Shown here in pieces: positions 38,419 through 49,142 of a stretch of 64,000 bases of DNA (within the stretch, counting starts at the first letter, position 1; each line of letters begins with the position of its first letter). The stretch spans positions 282,784 through 346,783 of the forward strand of contig JAKMXF010000327.1 in assembly GCA_024704765.1 (NCBI GenBank), written 5' to 3'. This stretch comes from Oopsacas minuta. Its lineage: Eukaryota > Animalia > Porifera. Both the position numbers and the translations under genes were made by a program. The notes under the pieces are model-generated. The model was given only the letters and a program-made list of their open reading frames with translations. It ran no database searches and was not told the DNA's origin.

Positions 38419-38683
38419 GATTGAATAGTATTGCTCTTGTTGATATCGCGTTATATTCAAACTTTTCTGTTATTTGATCCAGTTTTTTCGAGAATATTAT
38501 GGAGTCTAGAATGTTGTTTGCACTTTGAAGAACAAGAACAACATAGCCACCTATCATTATTTAATTGGAAGTTGTGAAAAGTATTATCTGTCAACAGAAA
38601 TATGTCGTTAGGACTTGGGAAATAATATATTATGTCTTCTACAATGCTTGCTTCACAAACTCGCAAACAATCATTTTTGAACA
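38419..38683 (-). pseudogene. KDZ-like transposase fragment 2 (SWIM-like Cys/His cluster)
   Basis: CEASIVEDIIYYFP...RWLCCSCSSKCKQHSRLH, lying between the DD37E and MULE insertions. Confidence 0.45.
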
Positions 38684-40048
38684 GAGTTCCAAGGAAGTCC
38701 GACAAAACGTTCCACGACAAAATGTTCCACGACAAAATGTTCCAGACAAAATGTTCCAGCGACAAAATGTTCCACGACAAAACGTTCCACGACATTTCGC
38801 TCCACTTTTGATTGGTCAATGTTTGTTAATAATTTAACAGGTTTTAAATGGCTAAATAATTGAACTAATTTCTTGTCTGAATTCGTTTGGCTAATTCTAT
38901 CTTAAGTAAAATTGGTTTACCAGTTGCTGTGTAGAATTTGCTAAAAAGATTAACTAAGTAGCTCATATAGATTCATTTAGATTGTGGTCGAAAATAGACA
39001 TAGTATATTATTAGAGGATGACATATATAATATTATGTAGTAGGTATTACAAACTGGTATAGCGTCAAGAGCAGTTGGCTAGATATTATTGCATTTGTTT
39101 CAAACAATTTTAGCGTCCTGGCGGATTCAGTGGGTGCTAAAACCTGTTTTTCGGAGCCCGCTTATTTGTCCCGGTTGAATTCCAAATTTCCAATAGACAT
39201 TAACACTATTTTATTTCAGAATTACAGACACCCCATAATTCCGACTTCCAGCCATTTATTAGTACCAAATTATATTGATAACCCCGAAATTATGGCCATT
39301 TACCTGAATCCAAGGGTGACCGTAATTCAGATGTTCCACTGTATATATATATGTGTGTGTGTGTTCATTTGAAATTACTTTCTTGTTGACACCTTTGGAC
39401 TTTGGAGGGGTTAAGACCAGATTTGGCATGTATACTCGCAATGAGATCTAGATGTGTACGGTTATCGAAGTGCTGTGCAGCACGCCCTGTGTTGGTTTTG
39501 CCCCTTTGACTAAAAGCATTGTTTATTGATTATATATGTATACCGCCCACCGGCACCACATACGATGCAACCAAGCTGCGTATTGTAATGTCTGCTTTAT
39601 TTATGTTCGAAATATTTTATATAAACGAGCGAGTTTCGCTTGCGGTTTACGATCACGCTATTAGGGGAAACCAGGCCTGACTAAACCAATGTAGAGATGG
39701 CCAATTAGAAATGTTTTAAGTTCATATTTCATTGCTTTTGTCGAGATTACTGAACCAAAGCTCTTATAAATCCTAGTTACCCAGTTTAAATATGACTACT
39801 TGTATTATTAATAAGTAACTTACAAGAAATATAATTGATTAATTAAACATTTATCTAATAACAATAGGAAACTAAACAAAACAAATAGAAACTAAAAACT
39901 AAACTATGCTCTACTTGGGTGCAGCTACCACATCTCGACCACTGTCCACTTCAATTGGTAGCTGCACCGTCAGGAATTAGTGAAATGCGGAGAGAGGTAG
40001 AAGAGAGGAGATTTAACACATTGGCATGAAGAGAGAGGGAAAGAGAGA

Positions 40049-41333
40049 GCAAGGGTTCATACGAAAGGAATGGAGATAGTGAAGCGTACGAATGAGCATC
40101 TGCATGCACCTGATGTGCAGGCTATGGCCTGCTGTGAGATAAAGGCCGGCATCAAGAGGAAAGCACGAGACACACAGGATAGCTCACACCAGATAATCGG
40201 TGAGGGTATGCTAACAGCATCAGAGGGTACTGCCGCTAAACTACCTAAGCTGGACAGCCTGAAGCGGACGATACAGCGTCAGCGTGCAAGTGTATTATCA
40301 GCTCCAGTGCAGCCAACCGCCCTATCAGAGTTGGTTCTACCTGCAGAATACCAGCGGACAGCCAAGGAGGAACAGTTCCTACTCTATGACTCTGGGGAAG
40401 ACGATGCACATAGATTCCTCATCTTCGGGACACAACGCAACCTCGGGATGCTACAGCAAAACAAGATCTGGCTAGCTGATGGCACCTTCAAGACGGCGCC
40501 CGCCCTCTTCGCCCAGGTGTATGTGGTGCATGGACTCCGAGGAGGAGACGATCCTATGAAGACTGGTCATCTGTTGCCGAGTCTGTTCGTGCTGCTGCCC
40601 AAAAAACAGAGGATACCTACCGTAGGATGTGGGAGCAGATCGCATACTCTGTCCCCTCGCCCAGCCTGAACAGATGCTCCTGGACTTTGAGAAGGGCGCA
40701 ATTAACAGCTTTGAGCATGTCTGGCCTAACACAGTGGTTAAGTGCTGCTTCTTCCACCTCACACAGAATATCTGGCGCCATGTGCAGTCTGTAGGGCTGC
40801 AGTCTGACTACACACATGACGAAGAGCTGGCCATGCGCATCCGGAAGATACCAGCCCTTGCATTCGCCCGACCAGCAGACGTACCCGATCTGTTTGAGCA
40901 AGTGTCAATGGACTTCCCCCTTACGTCTGAGATAGGCGAGCTAGTCGACTACTTTGAGAGGACGTATATCGGTCGCACGCTAGCCACTGGACACCATGTA
41001 GCGGCGACGTTCTCCATTGGCCTGTGGAACTACCACTTCAGCACGCCCTTCGGACTCCCCCGTACAACCAACGCCGTAGAGGCATGGCACCGCAGCTTCA
41101 ATGCCACTATCGGCTGCCATCACCCCACCATATGGAAGTTCCTCCTAGCCCTCAAGCGTGAGCAGGGCCTAGTGGAGGTGCGGCAGACTAACTACCTTGC
41201 TGGGAAGCCGCCAACCAAGCGGAGGAGGTCCCAACAGAGTGAACAAGCGTTGAGGACTCCAGTTGGAGAATATTATTCACCAGACCATACTAAGACGAAG
41301 TTCCATACAAGTGTAGACACCATCTCAGCCTGA
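40049..41333 (+). pseudogene. MULE transposase, 5'-truncated inverted copy
   Basis: Highly similar to the reverse complement of 43723-45021. WLADGTFK, LLDFEKG, CFFHLTQ and TTNAVEAWH present; frameshift near 40605. Confidence 0.93.
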
Positions 41334-41401
41334 GAACGGATGTTAATCTTCCGTATTATCTATACCTCAAATAAATTTGATTTTGAGATAATACTTTAGA
41401 T

Positions 41402-43707
41402 CAGGGGTCTTCAACCTGCGGCTCGCGATGATAAAGCGTGCGGCTCGCGGGATAATTCTTGTTTTTGTTTATTTTGTCTTCACTTTGTTAATTTTGAAAT
41501 TTGTTGTATTTTATTCAACAGATATTGTGAATATACTTAAATATTAGCACTTTTTTGTTTCCCAATTCTGGAAACCTTGATGGTGTTTAAAGTGTATAGA
41601 AGACCTTTGTTGTCTTCAGTAATTAATTTAAGTCTTCAGTCAATATTCAAATACAAATACAAGTATAAATCAGAAGTATTTGACAATATACAATTTCATT
41701 TTCGGATTTCAAATACTCTCCAAATACACATTTTTTATTATTCATTAATTATTTACGTATCCACTATGGCTACTTCTACGTCGAAAAAGCGGAAGATACA
41801 AGAAGAAAATCGGTCATTCAAGATAGAATGGGAAATAAAGTATTTTTTCGTGGAGGACAGTGGCAAGTTCATTTGTCTAATATGCCGTGAAACAATAGCT
41901 TTCGCTAAAAAAGGAAACTTTGAAAGGCATTACAATACCAAACACCAATCAAATTTTGTGGGAATTCTTGGGGAATCACGAAAGACTAAACTAGACAATC
42001 TTAAAAGAAACTTGAAGAGTGAACAATCAATCTTTTCAAAAAATGATAATTCGGTTAAGTCTATCACAGCAGTTAGCTTTGCTATCAGTAATATAATCGC
42101 GAAACGTATGAAACCATTTACGGATGGTGAATTTATAAAGGAATGTCTAAATGAATTCGCTGATCAATGTTGTCCAGACAAAAAACAACTAATACAGCAG
42201 GTATCCTTGAGCGCTACGACAGTAATGCGTCGAGTGGAATCAATTTCAAAAACTATTCATACACAACTATTGGAAAAGACAAGTTGTTTTAGTTTCTGTA
42301 GCTTGGCACTTGATGGAAGTAAAGATATTTGTGATGTTGAACAATTGGCAATCTGGATAAGAGGCGTTGATGAAAACTTCAACATTACCGAGGAATTACT
42401 GTCTCTGCGTTCTATGCATGGAAGAACTCGTGGCATTGATATTTTCGAAGAGTTTCTTAAGATTGTGTCGGAAAACAACATTCCTGCCTTAAAGTTATCT
42501 GGCATTTCAACAGATGGAGCTCCATCAATGCTTAGTACAGGCACAGGATTTAAAGGTCAAGTTCTACGATGGTTGACAGAAAATAATGTGACAGAAATAT
42601 CATGGTGTCACTGTATTATTCATCAAGAGGCCCTATGTGCGAAAACACTTGGACTGGAAAATGTTATGAAGTTGATAGTAGACGTTGTAAATTTTATCAG
42701 ATCTAAAGGAGTGAATCATAGAGAATTTAAAGAATTTTTGAAAGATCTCGATTCAGATTACGGAGATGTATTATATTTTATAAGTGTTAGGTGGCTGAGT
42801 AGAGGAGTAGTTCTTAAAAGAGTTTGGGAATTACGAGATGAAATATCAAGTTTCTTAGCCTCAAAGGGCAAGAAAGTTACTGAATTCGAAGATACAAATT
42901 GGATTAGCGACTTTGCCTTCCTTGTAGATATGACTACACACCTAAATATTCTAAATTCCACACTTCAGGGAAAGAACAAGTTGATTCATGAACTTTATGC
43001 CACAATTCGAAGTTTTGAGATGAACTCGCTCTATTTAAGTTACAGCTTAAAAATAACAATTTTTCTCACTTTCCAGCACTAAAGTCACAAGATAGCCGAT
43101 GGAAACAAATATGCTGAAATTATTTCAAATCTCCAAGAAAACTTTGATACTCGATTTGGAGATTTTAGAAATCAACAACAAAGCTTCGAGATTTTTGCAC
43201 AGCCTTTCAGTTTTGATCCACAATATGCTCCACAGGAGCTTCAACTTGAACTCATAGACCTGCAGTCTAGCATAGATCTCAAGGCAGACTTCAAGGATGT
43301 TGGAGTAATTAGTTTCTATAAAACTCTTCCTTCAGATATCTATCCTGCTATTTTAAAACACGCAAGAAGGATAGCTAGTTTATTTGGAAGCACTTACACT
43401 TGCGAGGCATTTTTCTCTAAAATGAAATATATCAAGAATAAATATAGAACTAATTTGACTGATGACCACCTCCAAGACGTTCTTCGTATTTCATCGACTG
43501 ATATGAAACCTAATATAGATGGCATCTTAATACAACAACAAAAACAGTACCAACCTTCACATTAATATTTTACTCTGATAAATTACTCATAATAATACAG
43601 TACTATATTAAAATATAGAATACATAATCCTTAACTTTTAATGCGGCTCGCCAATCTAATACGAAACTAATATTTGGCTCATAGAAGAAAAAGGTTGAAG
43701 ACCCCTG
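41402..43707 (+). mobile_element. Buster-family hAT (GTF2IRD2-like) nested in the MULE
   Basis: TIR CAGGGGTCTTCAACC. Perfect 8-bp TSD CTTTAGAT (41394-41401, 43708-43715). Confidence 0.97.
41766..43565 (+). pseudogene. hAT transposase with a single frameshift near 43025
   Basis: MATSTSKKRKIQEENRSF, CLIC..HYNTKH, LDGSKD, STDGAPSM, HCIIHQE and VRWLSRG. The C-terminal GSTYTCEAFFS is in the shifted frame. Confidence 0.94.
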
Positions 43708-43722
43708 CTTTAGATTAACATG

Positions 43723-45165
43723 TTAATCCGCTCCCAGACCGAAATGATGTGCTAAACCTTGCAAGAACTCCATCTTAGTATGATTTAGTGAATAATATTC
43801 TCCAACTAGAGTCCTCAACGCTTGTTCACTCTGTTGGGACCTCCTCCGCTTGGTTGGCGGCTTCCCAGCAAGGTAGTTAGTCTGCCGCACCTCCACTAGG
43901 CCCTGCTCACGCTTGAGGGCTAGGAGGAACTTCCATGTGGTGGGGTGATGGCAGCCGACAGTGGCATTAAAGCTGCGGTGCCATGCCTCTACGGCGTTGG
44001 TTGTATGGGGGAGTCCGAAGGGCGTGCTGAAGTGGTAGTTCCACAGGTCAATGGGGAACGTCGCCGCTACATGGTATCCACTGGCTAGCGTGCGACCGAT
44101 ATACGTCCTCTCAAAGTAGTCGACTAGCTCGCCTATCTCAGACGTAAGGGGGAGGTCCATTGACACTTGCTCAAACAGATCGGGTACGTCTGCTGGTCGG
44201 GCGAATGCAAGGGCTGGTATCTTCCGGATGCGCATGGCCAGCTCTTCGTCATGTGTGTAGTCAGACTGCAGCCCTACAGACTGCACATGGCGCCAGATAT
44301 TCTGTGTGAGGTGGAAGAAGCAGCACTTCACCACTGTGTTAGGCCACACATGCTCAAAGCTGTTAATCGCGCCCTTCTCAAAGTCCAGGAGCATCTGTTC
44401 AGGCTGGGCAAGAGGACAGAGTATGCGGATCTGCTCCCACATCCTACGGTAGGTATCCTCTGTCTTGTTGGGCAGTAGCACGAACAGACTCGGCAACAGA
44501 TGACCAGTCTTCATAGGATCGTCTCCACCGCGGAGTCCATGCACCACATACACCTGGGCGAAAAGGGCGGGCGCCGTCTTGAAGGTGCCATCAGCTAGCC
44601 AGATCTTGCTTTGCTGTAGCATCCCGAGGTTGCGTTGTGTCCCGAAGATGAGGAATCTATGTGCATCGTCTTCCCCAGAGTCATAGAGTAGGAACTGTTC
44701 CCCCTTGGCTATCCGCTGGTATTCTGCAGGTAGAACCAACTCTGATAGGGCGGTTGGCTGCACTGGAGCTGATAATACACTTGCACGCTGACGCTGTATC
44801 GTCCGCTTCAGGCTGTCCAGCTTAGGTAGTTTAGCGGCAGTACCCTCTGATGCTGTTAGCATACCCTCACCGATTATCTGGTGTGAGCTATCCTGTGTGT
44901 CACGTGCTTTCCTCTTGATGCCGGCCTTTATCTCACAGCAGGCCATAGCCTGCACATCAGGTGCATGTAGATGCTCATTCGTACGCTTCACTATCTCCAT
45001 TCCTTTCGTATGAACCCTTGCTTTACACTCTCCTCTCTGCTCGCACTGCTAATATGTCATTTCTCCAACTCTCCTATGCATCAAATATACGTATCCTCCT
45101 TTTAACATCTTTTCTCCTCCCTTGTTCGTTCTGACCAGCCTGAAGGAGGGCTGATCATGATCCAT
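43723..45165 (-). pseudogene. Full-length FLYWCH-MULE transposase with one nonsense codon
   Basis: MDHDQPSFRLVRTNKGG..GGYVY..RRVGEMTY*QCE..CKARVHT..HLH (FLYWCH; the Trp codon is TAG), followed by a 425-aa open MULE core. Confidence 0.93.
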
Positions 45166-45736
45166 TGATAAAATGAAGGTGTTAATTGAAAGAATATAAA
45201 AATGTAGCAAATAATATTTAGCTGATGATGCAAGCTGAAATTAATACAATTGCAACATTTAAATAGAACTACAAAGGTGACTCCATGTTTACTGGCAAAC
45301 ACACAATTAATTTCGCATCTTCTCCATCAAAGGAATTAATTTCGCATCTTCTCCATCAAAAGAATTAATTACTACGTATGCATTCCTGATATAAATTCAT
45401 CACCTTTACTATAAATCATCTTACCTCACTCTGCTAACACAGAACTTCTATGTTTAGGTTTGCGATATCAAAACTGTAACATTACATTCTTCTGAAATCA
45501 TTCATCCCAAATTAATTGATTATATTTGTAATATTATTTAGCCATTTAAAACCTGTTAAATTATTAACAAAAATTGACCAATCAAAAGTGGAGCGAAATG
45601 TCGTGGAACGTTTTGTCTGGAACATTTTGTCGCTGGAACATTTTGTCTGGAACATTTTGTCGTGGAACATTTTGTCGTGGAACGTTTTGTCGGTATCCGG
45701 AGTTCCAATGCTTGATAATGAGAACAAGTATCACTA

Positions 45737-47078
45737 CAGGGTGTAACAAAAGTCTTGGCCGGTTGCATTATGGTGGTTCACATAAAATATTTCAAGGTCA
45801 CAATATCTAATTATTTACCAATATAATCACCACCTCTTTCTAAAACTAATTTCATTCGATTAGGCATCCCATTCATCAGGTTTCGAAGTAAGTTCGGTGA
45901 AATCGTCTTCCATGCCGTTTTTAGGTTTGCAATTAGGGCCTGAATCGTGGTGACCTGGCCCATTTCATCCAACCGTTCATATAAAATACCCCAAAGATTT
46001 TCAATCGGATTCAAGTCGGGGGAGCTAGCTGGCCACTCCCCTTTCTTCCAAACCGAGGGAACTTCTCTGAACACCACTGCTGCGTGACATTGGCCGTATG
46101 TGCGGGGGCACCATCCTGCATGAACAGAAATTCTGACATGTTTTCCAACATCGACCTCTCAATAACGGACCCCTTTTTAGCTTTACGAGCGATCGCATCC
46201 AGACAGGTTTTCTTCAATATTTCGTTCCTATAGTAGGCTCCATTGACGGTCTGTTTTGGGGTACAATGTGCAGTTCTGACAGCGCTCTGTGTGACATCAT
46301 TCCCCAGACCATAATTTTCGCTGGGAATTTGACCTGAAAAATAGGCTCAATATTTTGTGAACCAATTGCCCATACTCGATCATTCTGTCTGTTTGGCGAA
46401 TGAAATAACTCAAAGGGTGATTCATCAGACCAGAACACCTTATTCCAATCTTCGAAAGACCAATTCTCATGATCCCGAGCGAATTTCAATCGATTTTCCT
46501 TGATTTTTTGTGTAATTTTGGCCATTTGGGACGTTTATAGGGTCTGGCATCAAGCCTTTGTGCTAAGTGCCGCTGAATTGTCATGTGAGATATGGGGTTC
46601 CTTTGATAGATAGTCTCCTCGACAATTTTCGGGTTGATTGCCTCCTTTTCCCCAAGGATTTCTTAATCACAATTCGTGATTCCCGTTTCAAAATTTGAGG
46701 CTGTCCAGATCGAGGTTTAGTCTCCATAGTCTCACCGCATTTGTGTTGACTCCACCATCTCCGTACTGATCTTACTCCAACACTTAGACGTGTAGCTACC
46801 TCTTTTTGAGTAATGTCTCCTTCAAGCATCCCAATTGCTTTAGAACGGAGCTCAACTCCGTGATCACCGACATTCATTTTCCCGAAAAAAACTGGTAAGG
46901 TAAATATGTTAAAAACATTCGAGAGCAGTGTTGAAGATATTCAATATGCCTATAGTATAAATGTAGTTACTATATAGTAACTATCAGTCAACTAGCATTT
47001 CCGTTGTATGCTATAATTACTAGTATATATTAAATCCATTTACGATTGAGAACCGGCCAAGACTTTTGTTACACCCTG
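45737..47078 (-). mobile_element. DD37E (TRT/ITmD37E) Tc1-like element
   Basis: TIR CAGGGTGTAACAAAAGTCTTGGCCGG with TA TSD. WSDESPF and QDGAPAH...DLNPIE with 37 spacing after one frameshift correction. Confidence 0.95.
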
Positions 47079-47079
47079 T

Positions 47080-47748
47080 ATAACAATTGGTGGATAGATT
47101 GCTGTTTGTTTCAATTATGATTCTCCTTTTGTTTAGTACAATGGTTCCTTGAAATACATAATTTTAGTTTTGGTAGTGAGAATAGTAAATGTATTGTAAA
47201 CTCCGATTAATAGGGTCACTTGGGACCAGGCCCATTTGACCCGATTAACCAAAATAAAGGTGTTGGGCCCTACGAACAGGAGCAGAAAGACAAACATGCA
47301 AACAGACAACAATAATAGTGATAATAACGTAAATTTACCTTGTGAGTGATCATAATCTGCAATTATAACATATTCACTATCCTCTAACTTATATATGTGA
47401 GAATTCAGTATCAATAGTTTTACATACTGGTCAATTATAGACATTTTTACTTGTTTCATTTCTGGTTCTGAGAAGCAATCAGGTTGACATTGACCTATCC
47501 GAAAAATTATACTGAATCAACTAACAACTAAAGTTTGGTTGAAAGCATAAGGAATTAGGAATATAATTATCACCTGGTTTTGACCATGTTGGTATATCTG
47601 ATTCTATTAATTTAAATGATTCACCTTCTGATAGGCATACTTTGTCGATGTCTAATGTGATGAAGCTGATATCTTCTTTCTCCGAGTTTTTTCGTTTTTT
47701 TGGGTATATATTATCAGATCCAGTTTGTGAAGCTACTTTTTCAGCCAT
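47080..47748 (-). pseudogene. KDZ-like transposase fragment 1 (5' exons)
   Basis: ATG at 47748. EYVIIADYDHSQG|PNTFILVNRV across a 69-nt GT-AG intron. Resembles the DYD..G..F-V N-terminus I recall for HMGXB3/KDZ-type proteins. Confidence 0.45.
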
Positions 47749-47970
47749 TTCAAAATGAAATTATCTAACGAATGGTATAAATTTATATATCTACTTCTAA
47801 CACATTATACATGTACCAGCATCCCAATGACCACTTTTAGTAGTGTAGTCTCGAAACTTATCTAATCACATTCAATTCAGCAGTTTGGTAACTATGGTTG
47901 AAATGATAAGGCGTATCTATAAAATTACTTACCAATAATCTTAATGTAGAGCATGTGCTACTGAAATGCA

Positions 47971-47980
47971 ACGCATGCGC
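47971..47980. promoter_or_regulatory. Near-perfect NRF1-type palindrome ACGCATGCGC in the right inverted end
   Basis: 9/10 match to GCGCATGCGC, 223 bp upstream of the minus-strand ATG at 47748. Confidence 0.5.
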
Positions 47981-48000
47981 TACTCACTTTTAAATACCTC

Positions 48001-49142
48001 GCATGAGCGCATAATTGAAATTGAATAACAACTCGTGGATTGTTCGGTATCAGAATTCCTATGAAGCAACATTTCAAATCAGTGAAAAATCTTTCTATTG
48101 GTTGAGCAGTACAATGAATATCTGCAAATAGTTGATTTTCTGTTCAAACATTGTATAGCAAAATATCATAATTCCTGTGCTTAGAAATTGGAAATTGACT
48201 GACATCTCTGTGTATCATCGAGTATCAGAATTCCTGTGATGCGACATTTCAAATCAGCGAAGAATTTGTGAATAGTTCAGTATCACATTGAATATCTGCT
48301 TGCAGTATATATTGATTGCAAATCATTGTATAGTTCACTATCACAATTCATCTGTTTCGGCATTAGAATTGAATGAAAACCTTTGTATGGTACAGTATTG
48401 CATTATGTATATGCGCATTTTTCATTGACTGAGAACTCTGTGGATAATTCGGTGTCAGAATTCCTGTGAAGCGACAATTGAAATTGAGTGAATATCGTTT
48501 GTATAATTCAGCATTGCGTGTATATCTGCAAAGAGGTGATTGTGAGATAAAATTTTTGCATAGCTGAGTATCAGAATTTCTATGATGCGAGATTGGAAAT
48601 TGACTGAAAAACATTGTATGGTTCAAGACTGCATTATGTATGAACACACATTTGAAATTGACTGATAACTCCTTGGATAGCTCAGATCAGAATTCCTTTG
48701 AGGCGACATTTGAATTGTGTCAATATCCTTTGCATAGTTCAGTATTACATGGAATCTCTGCATAGAGTTGATATTGAGTGCAAACATTTGTATAGGTCAC
48801 TATTACAATTCCTGTGCTGCGAAATAAATAATTTACTGACAACTCTATGTATAGTCGAGTATCAGAAATCCTGTAAAGCGACATTTCAAATCAGTGAAGA
48901 ATCTATGTATAGTTCAGTATTACATTGAATATCTGCTTACAGTTGTTATTGATTGAAAACTCTTGCATAGTTCACTTCCACAATCAGTTGGGGTGGATTT
49001 TGAATTGAATGAATTTCCCTTGAATGGTTCTGTATTGCGGTGAATAGGCGCGCACATTTGAAATTGAATGACAACTCTGTGCATAGTTCGGTTTCAGAAT
49101 TCCTGTAAAGCGACATTTGAATTTTAGTGAAAAATCTTTGTA
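48001..49142. repeat. ~58-bp satellite array segment
   Basis: About 20 diverged monomers of several subtypes, same polarity as 34775-35162. Confidence 0.9.

Larger units (their letters stand above)
38693..45699. mobile_element. MULE (Mutator-like) element with ~170-bp TIRs and an inverted duplication of its transposase
   Basis: TIRs contain tandem GACAAAATGTTCCA(C) repeats. Perfect 9-bp TSD GAGTTCCAA (38684-38692, 45700-45708). Confidence 0.95.
35163..48000. mobile_element. Putative KDZ/Zisupton-like DNA transposon (~3.1 kb without nested TEs), internally deleted, with two convergent genes
   Basis: Inverted ends 35166-35196 / 47965-47996 match 29 of 31 positions plus one gap. The satellite is interrupted and resumes within the same monomer type, with a degenerate 8-bp overlap (gtttgagc / gcatgagc). 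The outermost 3-4 nt do not match. Confidence 0.6.

Noticed and set aside
38693-38800. GACAAAATGTTCCAC tandem repeats as an array or as a peptide repeat (RQNVP)n
   Set aside because: They are mirrored at 45590-45695 and are simply the subterminal repeats of the MULE TIRs.
39918-39968. 13-bp stem-loop ggtgcagctacca...tggtagctgcacc
   Set aside because: Isolated hairpin with no RNA-gene features or TSD, probably a TE relic.
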